A stretch of DNA of 64,000 bases from an uncultured delta proteobacterium (lineage in GTDB: Bacteria; Desulfobacterota; Binatia; UBA9968): assembly GCA_963745835.1 (NCBI GenBank), contig CAVUZH010000008.1:142040-206039 (forward strand). The letters run 5' to 3'. Positions 8,615 to 18,273 of the stretch are shown here, piece after piece. Numbering within the stretch: the first letter of the stretch is position 1; each line of letters starts with the position of its first letter. Under the pieces are notes generated by a model. It did no database searches. It was not told where the DNA came from and was given only the letters and a program-made list of their open reading frames with translations. The position numbers and the translations under genes were made by a program.

Positions 8615-11600
8615 ATGCGCCTAAAACGCCTTGAGATGGTGGGCTTTAAATCGTTCGCCGATAAAACATTGGTGGAACTCAACCCCGGAATTACCGCGAT
8701 TGTTGGTCCGAATGGCTGCGGGAAATCGAATATAGTCGACGCTTTGCGCTGGGCCATGGGCGAGCAAAGCGCGCGTCACCTGCGCGGCCAACAAATGGAA
8801 GATGTGGTCTTCGCAGGCAGCGACAGCCTGTCCGCAACGGGAATGGCCGAAGTCTCGCTGACCTTCGACAATGAAGATGCGCGCGGCCCCGTTGAATACA
8901 GCAGCTTCAGCGAAATTATGGTGACCCGGCGTCTCTTCCGCTCCGGGGAATCTGAATACGCAATCAACAAGACCCCATGCCGCCTTAAAGACGTTACTGA
9001 ACTATTTCTAGGCACCGGGGTCGGCAGCAAGGCATATTCAATCGTCGAGCAAGGCCGAGTCGATGAGCTAGTCAATTCAAAACCCGAAGAACGTAGAGTT
9101 CTGATCGAAGAGGCAGCCGGCACCAGTAAATACAAAAGCCGCAAGCTAGTAGCCGAGCGAAAACTCGAGCGCACACAACAGAACCTGTTTCGAGTTACTG
9201 ACATCGTTCGGGAGATTGAACGACAGATCCGCACCATGGAGTTGCAGGCCAGGAAGGCAGAGCGCTACAAGGCTCTTAAAGCGGAACTTCGAGAAAAGGA
9301 TCTGCTATGCGCAAGTCTGCATCGGCAGTCTCTGAACCAGGAAATCGCCACCCAGCAAGGCTATCTCGCTGATGCGGAGAATCGCCTGGCTGAATATTTG
9401 AACAGTTTGCACGGCAAAGAATCCGAGAGCGAAGCGGTCCGCTTTTCCCTGATGGAGCTGGAGAAAGAACTCAGTTTACAACAGGAGAATGTCTACCAGG
9501 CAAAGATGCAGCTTCAATCGGAAGAGCAGCGCATCGACGTCTTCAAAAAGGATTTGTCGCAACTAAACGAGAATGAAGCCGAAACCCTGACCGCGTTAGC
9601 GCAGCTCGATGACAAGCTCAAAACGCTCGCCCGGGAGATCGAAGAACTCAACAAAGCCAAAGAAGGCTTCATCCAGTTGTCGCTTTTTGAGGAGAGTTTT
9701 TTGCGCGAAAACGAAGCCGAGCTGGAAAAACTCCAGGCCGAGATCCAGGCTCTGCAGTCTGACCTTGAGAGCGAAAAAGCGGCGCTCATCGACATCGCCA
9801 ACCATCTTGTTTATCTGAAGAATGATCTGACTGCTAAGGAACGGCGGCGCGATGAAACCGACCGCGCTCTGGAGCGAAGCCGGGAGGAGCACTCGGCCGC
9901 GGCCACCTCTTTGGAGCTAATCGAAAGCAAAAGAAATGAAGCCGAACGCGCTCTAGAGGCGTCTCTGGAACAATCCGGAGAGCGGAACGTTGAGTATACC
10001 CAAGTCGTCGCCCTGATCCAAAGCCTAACCCGAAGCAAAGACGAGCAGGAAAAAAAGATCGAAACTCTCAAGGAACGGATTCAAGAAAGCCGCTCTCGGT
10101 TATTATCTCTCGAAGATTTACAAAAAAACTATGAAGGTTACCAAGAGGGCGTCCGGGCCATCATGTTAAAGCGGCAAGAGGAAGCCGCTGCCGAGGGCGT
10201 CTACGGTTTGGTAACCGAAGTGATTGAGGCTCCCGTTATCTACGAAAAAGCGTTAACTGCGGTTTTGGGAGACCGGCTGCAGTACATGATTGTTAAAGGC
10301 CATGACGAAGGCATCGAGGCCATTGAATTCCTAAAGGAAAAGGCCTCCGGGAGAGGCAGCTTTATTCCGGTCCAGATGACGCGCAAGTGTGATCGTCCGT
10401 TACCCGTGGGGGAGGCGGAGGTGGTCGCCCCATTGCTGGAATTAATCTCGGTCAAAGAAGGTTATCGAGATGTCGCCGAATATCTCCTATCAGATGTCGT
10501 TGTTGTGCAGGATCTGAGATCCGGTTTGGCCTTATGGCATCGCAATGGTTATTACAGCACTCTGGTGACTCCCGAAGGAGAGGTCATCGACCCCATGGGA
10601 GTGGTCACCGGAGGCAGCGAAGACTCGCTGGAAGGCAGCTTCTTAAGCCAGCGCCGGCGCATGAAAGAGCTTGGGCTTCTGCTTACTGAGCTTGAAAGTG
10701 AGATGCAAGTCGAAGAGCGGGAGCTCCTTGAACTTAAAACTAATCTACAACAAGCCGAAGCTAAAAAGACGCTCTTAGGGAGTGAAATTCATCGTCTCGA
10801 ATTGGAGCGGGTGCGCAACGAGCACGAACATCGTTCGACTCAACAAGATTCGCAACGGCTCAGACAAACCATTGACGTGCTGCTTCAAGAGCAACGTGAT
10901 TTAAACGCGACCTTGGAAGATCTGATAGACGAAATCAAAGAAGATAATGCGGTTCGCGAAAAACGGGCGATTGAAAAGGCCGAACGGGAGGAGAAGCTCG
11001 CCGAAATCCAAGCTGGATTCCTGGAACGCAAGAAGTCATTGGAGTCCGTCGAAGCCGCGGTGACACAGTCGCGGATTCGCGCTGCCGCTTTAGGCGAAAA
11101 ACGCGAAAATACTCATGTGAATCTTGATAACCGGATCAAGCTTCAGGAGGAAGCCGGCGAGCAAATTGGTAGCCGCCGCGGACAAATTGCCGATATCGAG
11201 CGGCGAAGAGGCGAAATCCAAAATGCGCTTACGCAAATGGAAGAAACAGTGGCCTCGAGCCGCGCGACGGTGCAGCAGCTAGAGGAAAAGCTGCAGAACG
11301 AGCGCCAGAGATATCGAGAAATTTCGAAACAGCTGACGGAGATTGACGAGTTGATAAAAGAGCTGCGACCTCGCGCCGAAACGTGTCAGGAGGAAAAGAA
11401 CCGGCTTCAGGTGACACTTACCGAGAAGCGGCTCAATCTGCAGCATCTTGCCGATGGCGTGCGCGATAAGTACGGCGTCGATCTCGGATCGGTAGAAGCC
11501 CCGGATGGCGGCGCGGCCGCGTCAAATGAGCTGATGATCGAAATCGAAGAGCTGCGCGCGCGCATCGAACGTATGGGCGACGTTAACATGGCGGCTATCG

Positions 11601-12166
11601 GGGAGTACGAAGAACTGACTACGCGCTTCCAGTTCATGAACCGGCAAAAAGAAGATCTGGAGAAATCGATCGCCGATCTTCAGCAAACAATTGTTAAGCT
11701 CAACCGTGTCTGTCGCGTTCGTTTCAAGGAGAGCTTCGAAGAGATCAACCAGAAGTTTCAATCGATTTTTCCGCGCATGTTCCGCGGCGGCAAAGCCAGG
11801 CTGGTGTTGACCGATGAAAATGACTATCTTGAAACAGGCGTGGACATCGTGGTTCAACCGCCCGGGAAAAAACTGCAATCGATCACACTGCTCTCCGGCG
11901 GTGAGAAAGCGTTGACGGCCGTCAGCTTGCTGTTTGCGATTTTTCTTACAAAACCAAGTCCATTTTGCTTCCTTGACGAAGTCGACGCTCCCCTCGACGA
12001 CGCCAACGTTGATCGTTTTAATGAGCTGATTAAAGAAATGAGCGAATTTTCACAGTTTGTGCTGATCACACACAACAAAAAGACCATGCAAGCCGCCGAG
12101 GTTCTCTATGGGATTACCATGGCAGAGCCCGGGATATCTAAAGTGGTTTCAGTAAGGATGAGCTAA
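8615..12166 (+). CDS. smc: Chromosome segregation protein SMC
   Basis: GFKSF, Walker A GPNGCGKSN, coiled coils, hinge region, LSGGEK, LDEVDAPLD; 1183 aa. Confidence 0.97.
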   Translation: MRLKRLEMVGFKSFADKTLVELNPGITAIVGPNGCGKSNIVDALRWAMGEQSARHLRGQQMEDVVFAGSDSLSATGMAEVSLTFDNEDARGPVEYSSFSEIMVTRRLFRSGESEYAINKTPCRLKDVTELFLGTGVGSKAYSIVEQGRVDELVNSKPEERRVLIEEAAGTSKYKSRKLVAERKLERTQQNLFRVTDIVREIERQIRTMELQARKAERYKALKAELREKDLLCASLHRQSLNQEIATQQGYLADAENRLAEYLNSLHGKESESEAVRFSLMELEKELSLQQENVYQAKMQLQSEEQRIDVFKKDLSQLNENEAETLTALAQLDDKLKTLAREIEELNKAKEGFIQLSLFEESFLRENEAELEKLQAEIQALQSDLESEKAALIDIANHLVYLKNDLTAKERRRDETDRALERSREEHSAAATSLELIESKRNEAERALEASLEQSGERNVEYTQVVALIQSLTRSKDEQEKKIETLKERIQESRSRLLSLEDLQKNYEGYQEGVRAIMLKRQEEAAAEGVYGLVTEVIEAPVIYEKALTAVLGDRLQYMIVKGHDEGIEAIEFLKEKASGRGSFIPVQMTRKCDRPLPVGEAEVVAPLLELISVKEGYRDVAEYLLSDVVVVQDLRSGLALWHRNGYYSTLVTPEGEVIDPMGVVTGGSEDSLEGSFLSQRRRMKELGLLLTELESEMQVEERELLELKTNLQQAEAKKTLLGSEIHRLELERVRNEHEHRSTQQDSQRLRQTIDVLLQEQRDLNATLEDLIDEIKEDNAVREKRAIEKAEREEKLAEIQAGFLERKKSLESVEAAVTQSRIRAAALGEKRENTHVNLDNRIKLQEEAGEQIGSRRGQIADIERRRGEIQNALTQMEETVASSRATVQQLEEKLQNERQRYREISKQLTEIDELIKELRPRAETCQEEKNRLQVTLTEKRLNLQHLADGVRDKYGVDLGSVEAPDGGAAASNELMIEIEELRARIERMGDVNMAAIGEYEELTTRFQFMNRQKEDLEKSIADLQQTIVKLNRVCRVRFKESFEEINQKFQSIFPRMFRGGKARLVLTDENDYLETGVDIVVQPPGKKLQSITLLSGGEKALTAVSLLFAIFLTKPSPFCFLDEVDAPLDDANVDRFNELIKEMSEFSQFVLITHNKKTMQAAEVLYGITMAEPGISKVVSVRMS

Positions 12167-12237
12167 CAGCGAACTCTGCGCGTCACCGGCATCGACTGCT
12201 GTCCTCTCCCCCTCGCAAGCGCCCCAAGGATTCAGAA

Positions 12238-13162
12238 GTGGCAGGTTCTTTCTTTCAACGATTAAAGGACGGACTTACCAAGAGCCGGGAAACCTGGGTC
12301 CAAAAAATAGGATTCATCTTTCAGAATCGGGAATGGGATGAGCAATCGCTCGAGGAGATGGAAGAGAATCTGCTTACTGCTGATCTTGGGGTTAAAGCAA
12401 CGCAGAAGTTGATGGAGACGTTGCGAGGGCTGACCCCTAGCGGCAGCGAGGATCTGGCGCGGGACATGTCATCACAATTGCAGCAGGCCATGGTAAAGCT
12501 GCTGCAAGACTCTGCCGCAGCATCACGAGTGGAAGCATTGTCTGTGCGGCCTTGGGTGGTGCTGTTTCTCGGGGTCAATGGCGTGGGCAAAACCACCACC
12601 ATCGGAAAGCTCGCTGCTCAATACAAGGCCGACGGCAAGAAGGTTCTCCTAGTCGCGGGCGACACGTTTCGCGCGGCGGCCGTCGAACAACTCGAAGCCT
12701 GGGGCCGCCGAGCCGGTGCGGAGATTGATTAAACACCGAGCCGGTGCCGATCCGTCCGCGGTCGTCTACGATGGGATGCAGGCTGCAAAGAGCAGAGGTA
12801 TCGACGTACTCCTCATCGATACCGCCGGCCGTCTTCATACCAAGGTGCATCTGGTGGAGGAATTAAAAAAGATTCGGCGGGTGATCGCACGCGAACAGCC
12901 GGGGGCGCCGCATGAAACACTCCTGGTGCTCGATGCTACCACCGGCCAAAATGGTCTCCAGCAGGCGAAAATCTTCAAAGAAGCCACGGACATTGACGGC
13001 ATTGTTTTGACCAAACTGGACGGAACGGCCAAAGGCGGAGTCATCATTAGCATTCAGGAGGAGCTTGGGGTTTCGGTGCGCTACATCGGGGTAGGCGAAG
13101 ACGTGGAAGACCTGCAGCCATTTGAGGCTGAGCGCTTCGTCGAGGCGCTCTTCGAGAGATAA
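12238..13162 (+). CDS. ftsY: SRP receptor FtsY, split by one frameshift near 12725
   Basis: GVNGVGKTTT and DTFRAAA in ORF 12238-12732; DTAGRLH, LDATTGQN and TKLDGTAKGG in ORF 12716-13162. Confidence 0.93.
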
Positions 13163-13244
13163 AGCACGCGTTGGCTGAGTGGTTGTCGACTTGACATCAG
13201 GCGAGGTCGTCGTTACGATTTAGGCTCTGGGTTTTGAGGCTAAA

Positions 13245-13595
13245 ATGACGCAAACCATGGAAAGCGCGATTGATCTTAAGCTAACTGCCAAAGCTGTTGA
13301 GCAAGTAAAATCATTGCTTGCTCGTAGCGAATATATCGATCACGCATTGAGAATTTCGGTTTCTGATGGAGGTTGTTCCGGCTTTTCCTACCAGCTCAAT
13401 TTTGAGAAACAACCAAAACCAAGCGACATCACTTTAGATTGCGCAAGCCTAACTGTTTACGTTGATCCTGAAAGTATCCCCTTCCTCCAAGGCACAGTTA
13501 TAGACTTCGTCTCAGGACTCTATGGGGGCGGCTTTAAATTCGCCAACCCCAACGCAACCGGCACCTGCGGCTGCGGCACATCGTTTTCCGCGTGA
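13245..13595 (+). CDS. A-type Fe-S cluster carrier (HesB/IscA/ErpA family)
   Basis: GGCSGFSY and NPNATGTCGCGTSF. Confidence 0.93.
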   Translation: MTQTMESAIDLKLTAKAVEQVKSLLARSEYIDHALRISVSDGGCSGFSYQLNFEKQPKPSDITLDCASLTVYVDPESIPFLQGTVIDFVSGLYGGGFKFANPNATGTCGCGTSFSA

Positions 13596-14021
13596 CATAA
13601 GCGTTCGGCGAAGGCCCGATTCCAGCGACACTGCTATCAAACTCGGCCGTTGCTTTAATCATTCAGATATCTCCTAACGGACAAGAAGCTGTTCGAGGGT
13701 TTGTGAAAGCAGTCTAGTTCTACGCCCATGGCATCATGGACCAGCTTTGCTAAAAAGCCAATGGCGACCGCGATACTATGAGCGAGCCGTTATGCTAGAT
13801 CTCCGCTCCTCTTCGTTAAAACCCAACGGTGTCTAGCTGCAGCGAATTCTTTAAGATTAGCCTTGCGCATGGTATTCGGCCGCGGTTCGCGCCAGGACAA
13901 TGGTTGCCCGGCCCTTCGTGTTACAAACTTTGCCGTTCGCTTTGGCAAAATCATTCTTGTGCATGGAGATAAGTCACACGATGGCAAAGATAGATCGCCG
14001 AGAGAGAAGCGCTGATCCAGG

Positions 14022-14576
14022 ATGCGAGTCATAGGCGGAAACGCAAGAGGGAGGCGTCTGAAAGTACCGAAAGGACAAGCCGTGCGTCCAACATCGGACC
14101 GGGTGAAGGAATCGTTGTTTAATATCCTGCCCCACGATCTCTCCGGCATCAAGCTTTTGGATCTCTTCTCGGGTACGGGAAACGTCAGCATCGAAGCCAT
14201 CAGCCGCGGAGCTGCGGAAGCAATATTGATAGACTCGTCGGACAAATCTGGTAAGGTGATCCGCGAGAATCTCCGCAGATTAGGTTTCGCGGATCGTGCT
14301 AGTGTTCGGATTGCGCCGGTCTCCCGAGCCCTACGCTTGCTGGCACGGCGCGGGGAATCCTTTGATATGATTTTTCTCGACCCGCCCTACCAACGGAACT
14401 GGGTTCGAGCCTCCCTAGAGGCGATCGCGCGCGGAAACCTGTTGCGGGCCTCCGGAACATTGGTGGTGGAACACAGTGCCCGCGAACAACCCGGCGCGGA
14501 ATATGGCTCGCTGATTTTGAAAGATCAGCGAAACTACGGCGACACTTGGCTCTCCTTCTTTGAACATAAAGCGTGA
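14022..14576 (+). CDS. rsmD: 16S rRNA m2G966 methyltransferase
   Basis: MRVIGG, RPTSDRVKESLFN, LDLFSGTG, DPPY; directly upstream of coaD. Confidence 0.93.
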   Translation: MRVIGGNARGRRLKVPKGQAVRPTSDRVKESLFNILPHDLSGIKLLDLFSGTGNVSIEAISRGAAEAILIDSSDKSGKVIRENLRRLGFADRASVRIAPVSRALRLLARRGESFDMIFLDPPYQRNWVRASLEAIARGNLLRASGTLVVEHSAREQPGAEYGSLILKDQRNYGDTWLSFFEHKA

Positions 14577-14606
14577 AGGATCTCAGCTGATGGGGACACC
14601 TAGGAG

Positions 14607-15104
14607 ATGACACAAAACATTGCAATTTATCCTGGATCATTCGATCCGATCACCAACGGCCACGTCGACCTCGTCAAACGCGCCTTGCGCGTCTTCGATA
14701 AAGTAGTAGTTGCCATCGCCACTAACGCCGGTAAGGATACTTCCCTTTTCTCGGTTGAAGAACGTTTGGAGATGATCCGTGGAGTCTTCGAAAATCTAAA
14801 GGATCGCGTAGAGGCGGATTCTTTCCAAAAGCTGCTGGTGGATTATGCCGAACGCAAGCAAGCTCCGGTCATTATCCGAGGATTGCGAGCAGTATCGGAT
14901 TTTGAATACGAGTTCCAGATGGCTATGATGAACCACCGACTCAAACCCAACGTCGAAACATTCTTCATGATGACCGGCGAATCCGAGTTCTACATCAGCT
15001 CACGTCTGGTCAAGGAAGTCGTCAGTTTGGGTGGCAATGTCGAAGGATTAGTTCCCGATAACGTTCTTAAGAATCTCAACCGGAAGTTCAGGCAGGAACA
15101 GTAG
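14607..15104 (+). CDS. coaD: Pantetheine-phosphate adenylyltransferase
   Basis: YPGSFDPITNGH, RGLRAVSDFEYE, ISSRLVKE. Confidence 0.97.
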   Translation: MTQNIAIYPGSFDPITNGHVDLVKRALRVFDKVVVAIATNAGKDTSLFSVEERLEMIRGVFENLKDRVEADSFQKLLVDYAERKQAPVIIRGLRAVSDFEYEFQMAMMNHRLKPNVETFFMMTGESEFYISSRLVKEVVSLGGNVEGLVPDNVLKNLNRKFRQEQ

Positions 15105-16301
15105 ATGAATACGCTGGCGGAGAGAACTCTACTCATCAAACCTTCGGTGACTTTAGCGATTGCCGCAAAAGCAGGAAAACTTCGATCCCAAGGCATCGAT
15201 GTGATCAATTTCTCTGCCGGAGAGCCAGACTTTGACACTCCTGATAGAATCAAAGCGGCTGCTATTGAAGCTCTGAAAAGAGGAATGACCAAGTATACCG
15301 ATGTCAGAGGAATTGAACCGCTGCGGCAAGCCATTGCGCAAAAATACCTGAGCGACTACGGGCTCAGGTATCAAATAAGCGAAATATTGGTTAGCTGCGG
15401 CGCCAAACACTCCCTCTATAATCTTTTCCAGGCAGTCGTGAATCCCGGCGATGAGGTTCTTGTCCCAGCGCCTTATTGGGTGAGTTACGCGGACATGGCA
15501 CTGCTGGCGGGCGGTGTGCCCAAAATCATTCAGACCAGCGAAGCCAGCGGATTTCGCATCACCGCGCAACAACTCGCCAAGGCACTTTCTTCGCATACAC
15601 GGGTCTTCGTACTGAACAGTCCCAGCAACCCCACTGGGGCCAGCTACGAAGAGACTGAACTGATGGCCATTGCGCAGGTTCTTGAGAGACACAATTGTCT
15701 CATTGTCACTGACGATATCTACGATAAAATCGTTTACGACGGGTTCACCATCCGAAACCTTGCCACGCTGGCGCCATCGTTGCGGGACAGGATCGTTATC
15801 GTAAACGGAGTATCAAAAAGCTATGCCATGACCGGTTGGCGCATCGGTTACGCACTCGGTCCGGCTGACATCATTGGCGCTGCGGCCAAGATTCAGAGCC
15901 AGAGCACATCAAACCCGACCTCCATAGCTCAAGCCGCTGCTCTCGAGGCGATTCAGGGGCCGCAGGAGGACGTGGCAATAATGCTCGGCGAGTTTGTTAA
16001 ACGGCGAAATGTTGTCGTCGAGCGCCTTAATGCCATCAGCGGCGTACAATGCCTGAAGCCACAAGGCGCCTTTTATGTTTTTCCGAATATCGCTGCTTTC
16101 ATCGGCAAGAATGTGAACGGTAAAAGCCTGACTTCGCCATGCGATATCGCAGACTATCTGCTTGAAGAAGCAAAAGTCGCCGCGGTTCCCGGGGAAGATT
16201 TCGGCTCCAACGCGCATATTCGGTTATCGTATGCGACGTCCTTGGAAAACATTGAAGAGGGATGCCGGCGCATGCGCGACGCGTTCGCGAAGATTCATTA
16301 G
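15105..16301 (+). CDS. aspC: Aspartate aminotransferase-like PLP enzyme (class I)
   Basis: [29 protein letters not shown]. Confidence 0.85.
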   Translation: MNTLAERTLLIKPSVTLAIAAKAGKLRSQGIDVINFSAGEPDFDTPDRIKAAAIEALKRGMTKYTDVRGIEPLRQAIAQKYLSDYGLRYQISEILVSCGAKHSLYNLFQAVVNPGDEVLVPAPYWVSYADMALLAGGVPKIIQTSEASGFRITAQQLAKALSSHTRVFVLNSPSNPTGASYEETELMAIAQVLERHNCLIVTDDIYDKIVYDGFTIRNLATLAPSLRDRIVIVNGVSKSYAMTGWRIGYALGPADIIGAAAKIQSQSTSNPTSIAQAAALEAIQGPQEDVAIMLGEFVKRRNVVVERLNAISGVQCLKPQGAFYVFPNIAAFIGKNVNGKSLTSPCDIADYLLEEAKVAAVPGEDFGSNAHIRLSYATSLENIEEGCRRMRDAFAKIH

Positions 16302-16742
16302 CCACAAGCAGCTATTTAGGGTTTCGGCCGCTTGTCCGGTCTTTTTATATCTGAAATAATCCGCCAAAATCTTTGCATGATCGAAAACTATCGGACTAGG
16401 AAGCTCGTTTTCGATGAATACTTTGGCATCTTTAGCATCGTCGGCTCCCTGTGGAGCGCCGTCGGCAATCGCCAAGTAGACAGTTGAGGCCGTGTGATGT
16501 CGCGGATCCCTTTTCGGATCGGAGTAAGTATAGAACTGCTCGACGAGAGTGATATCAAGGCAGGTCTCTTCTTTGGCTTCCCGCACCGCGGCAATTTCCA
16601 GAGACTCTCCATAATCGACAAAGCCGCCCGGCAGCGCCCAGCCGTGCGGCGGATTTTTTCTTTCAACCAAGACAATTCCGCCGCTGGAGATTTCGATGAT
16701 AGTATCCACCGTCGTCAATGGGGTTCGAGGTTTTTCACTCAT
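16224..16742 (-). CDS. NUDIX hydrolase
   Basis: Nudix box [28 protein letters not shown]; true end may be near 16316 if there is a 1-nt insertion near 16335. Confidence 0.88.
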   Translation of the reverse strand: MSEKPRTPLTTVDTIIEISSGGIVLVERKNPPHGWALPGGFVDYGESLEIAAVREAKEETCLDITLVEQFYTYSDPKRDPRHHTASTVYLAIADGAPQGADDAKDAKVFIENELPSPIVFDHAKILADYFRYKKTGQAAETLNSCLWLMNLRERVAHAPASLFNVFQGRRIR

Positions 16743-16805
16743 AAGCAATGCCTACCTTGACTCCTCAGAAATCGCAAGGTACAACCAGTATCCGATACCA
16801 ATTAT

Positions 16806-16882
16806 CGCGGGGTGGAGCAGTCTGGCAGCTCGCAAGGCTCATAACCTTGAGGTCCCGGGTTCAAATCCCGGCCCCGCAACCA
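16806..16882 (+). tRNA. Initiator tRNA-fMet (CAT)
   Basis: CGCGGGG...CCCCGCAACCA with C1:A72 mismatch, D-arm GAGC/GCTC, anticodon loop CTCATAA, T-loop GTTCAAATC, encoded CCA. Confidence 0.95.
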
Positions 16883-16885
16883 CGC

Positions 16886-16913
16886 AAGGAGGCTCCATGA
16901 GCCTCCTTTTTTT
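16886..16913 (+). terminator. Rho-independent terminator after the tRNA
   Basis: AAGGAGGCTC-cat-GAGCCTCCTT followed by a T run. Confidence 0.85.
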
Positions 16914-16994
16914 CAGCCAAGATAAGCCGCGAAGACTCAATGCACAAGCTCATTCGGGACTTAACCTCCCGCTATTCTAAATTGGATTGAACGC

Positions 16995-17657
16995 TTGCTT
17001 TCTCTAAGTTATATGGTCACCTCTCTTGCCACATGGATTTTGCTGATTCTTTTCACACCCGCAGCAGCATCGAACCACTATACGGAAAAGCAGCTTGATG
17101 CGCTGGAGGCGCGAGTCGGCAAGATCTTCTGGATATCAGCGGTTGAGGGAAAACTCCCGTCCTTCGTGAGATCTCCGACTCCTAATGCATCGGCATTAGA
17201 CCCGGGAGCTAACGAATCCTTTGAAATTACTGAACTGGTCGGGCGGAAAGCTAGAAATCCTTATTACAAAGTAAAGTTTGAATCAGGAGCGGAGGGATAC
17301 ATTCATGCGCAAGCTTTTCACGAACAGTTTAACGCCACAATCCTCACAACTGATCCGTTAGCTGATGAAAAAAAGGCTTTGGAGGAAAAGAACCAAGCGG
17401 AAAAGGCGCGACTAGAATGGATTCAGAGTCAGCCTTGGTCGGCGGCCGTAAAGGAATCGGCCATCAAAGGCCAAGCCGTGCCTGGCATGACCGTAGGTGA
17501 GGTCAAAAGAGTTGTTGGTGATCCCCGACGGGTAAGTCGCATTAAAGGTCCGCAACATACAAGTGAGGAGCATTGGTTTTATCCGGACGGCACCCTGCTG
17601 ATATTCCGCGACGGCGCGCTCAATCGTTTGGAAAGGACCAAAAAAAACGAGCGTTGA
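16995..17657 (+). CDS. Hypothetical exported protein
   Basis: 220-aa ORF with a signal-like hydrophobic N-terminus; C-terminal GMTxxEVxxxxGxP...EHWFY resembles BamE/SmpA-like small domains. Confidence 0.65.
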   Translation: MLSLSYMVTSLATWILLILFTPAAASNHYTEKQLDALEARVGKIFWISAVEGKLPSFVRSPTPNASALDPGANESFEITELVGRKARNPYYKVKFESGAEGYIHAQAFHEQFNATILTTDPLADEKKALEEKNQAEKARLEWIQSQPWSAAVKESAIKGQAVPGMTVGEVKRVVGDPRRVSRIKGPQHTSEEHWFYPDGTLLIFRDGALNRLERTKKNER

Positions 17658-17679
17658 TTACTGCATCACACTTCAGGAC

Positions 17680-18168
17680 TTAGAGTTTCTTCAGTCTTCC
17701 TTGACGTTGTCGTTCGGTTTTGGCAAGGCGCTTTGGGTTTCCCTTCTTGTTCGGCCGGCGCTCGCCTTCGTAGCTGCCGCCATCTGCTGTTAATTCCAGA
17801 TTGCGCAGGATTCGGCTGAACTCATCTGCATAAACTGCGGCTGCGCCGAACTTTTCCACCGCCCTCCGCACCTCACGATCGGAAGTAACTACAACACATC
17901 CGCTCCCTTTTGCTCGCGCCAGCCGAACGATGACGCTGTCGGCCTTCTCTCCCTGCCGGGAAAAAACAATGCGGACTCCGTGTTTGTTTTCCGAGACCTC
18001 GTCGATCAATCCCGTTTTCCAGCCATCGAACACAAGGACAACAGTATGACCCCGAACCTGTTGGTAAAGCAAAAGGCGTTGAAGCAGCCAGTCTCTTTGG
18101 TGCTCGAGGTCACCTCTTAAACCGCGCTCGCTACCGATCAGATTGTATCCGTCTATGATGATGTTCAT
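17680..18168 (-). CDS. NYN-domain YacP/Rae1-family ribonuclease
   Basis: IIIDGYNLI, LVFDG, ADSVI, VVTSDREV. Confidence 0.85.
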   Translation of the reverse strand: MNIIIDGYNLIGSERGLRGDLEHQRDWLLQRLLLYQQVRGHTVVLVFDGWKTGLIDEVSENKHGVRIVFSRQGEKADSVIVRLARAKGSGCVVVTSDREVRRAVEKFGAAAVYADEFSRILRNLELTADGGSYEGERRPNKKGNPKRLAKTERQRQGRLKKL

Positions 18169-18273
18169 GGAAATACCCTACTACACTCACGATTAGAGGG
18201 CTTTTGAAATGGTTGTCAAAACTGGAAAAACCAGGTAAAACCAGTGCGATTTTACCATGGAGGATCACGGAAG

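Noticed and set aside
7821-12166. HNH plus SMC as a defence system (Wadjet, Lamassu or Septu-like)
   Set aside because: The SMC is a canonical hinge-containing condensin in the usual smc-ftsY context with its own promoter; no jet or lmu partner genes
12716-12732. Programmed ribosomal frameshifting in ftsY or ffh
   Set aside because: No slippery sequence or stimulatory structure at either site; scattered indels elsewhere favour errors
13245-13595. HesB-like selenoprotein
   Set aside because: All conserved positions are Cys codons; no in-frame TGA
13596-14021. 425-bp gap between the Fe-S carrier and rsmD as an ncRNA or small ORF
   Set aside because: Only short ORFs without motifs, and no recognisable RNA structure
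16806-16913. tRNA as an island integration site
   Set aside because: Followed by its own terminator and core genes; no duplicated 3' end seen in the window
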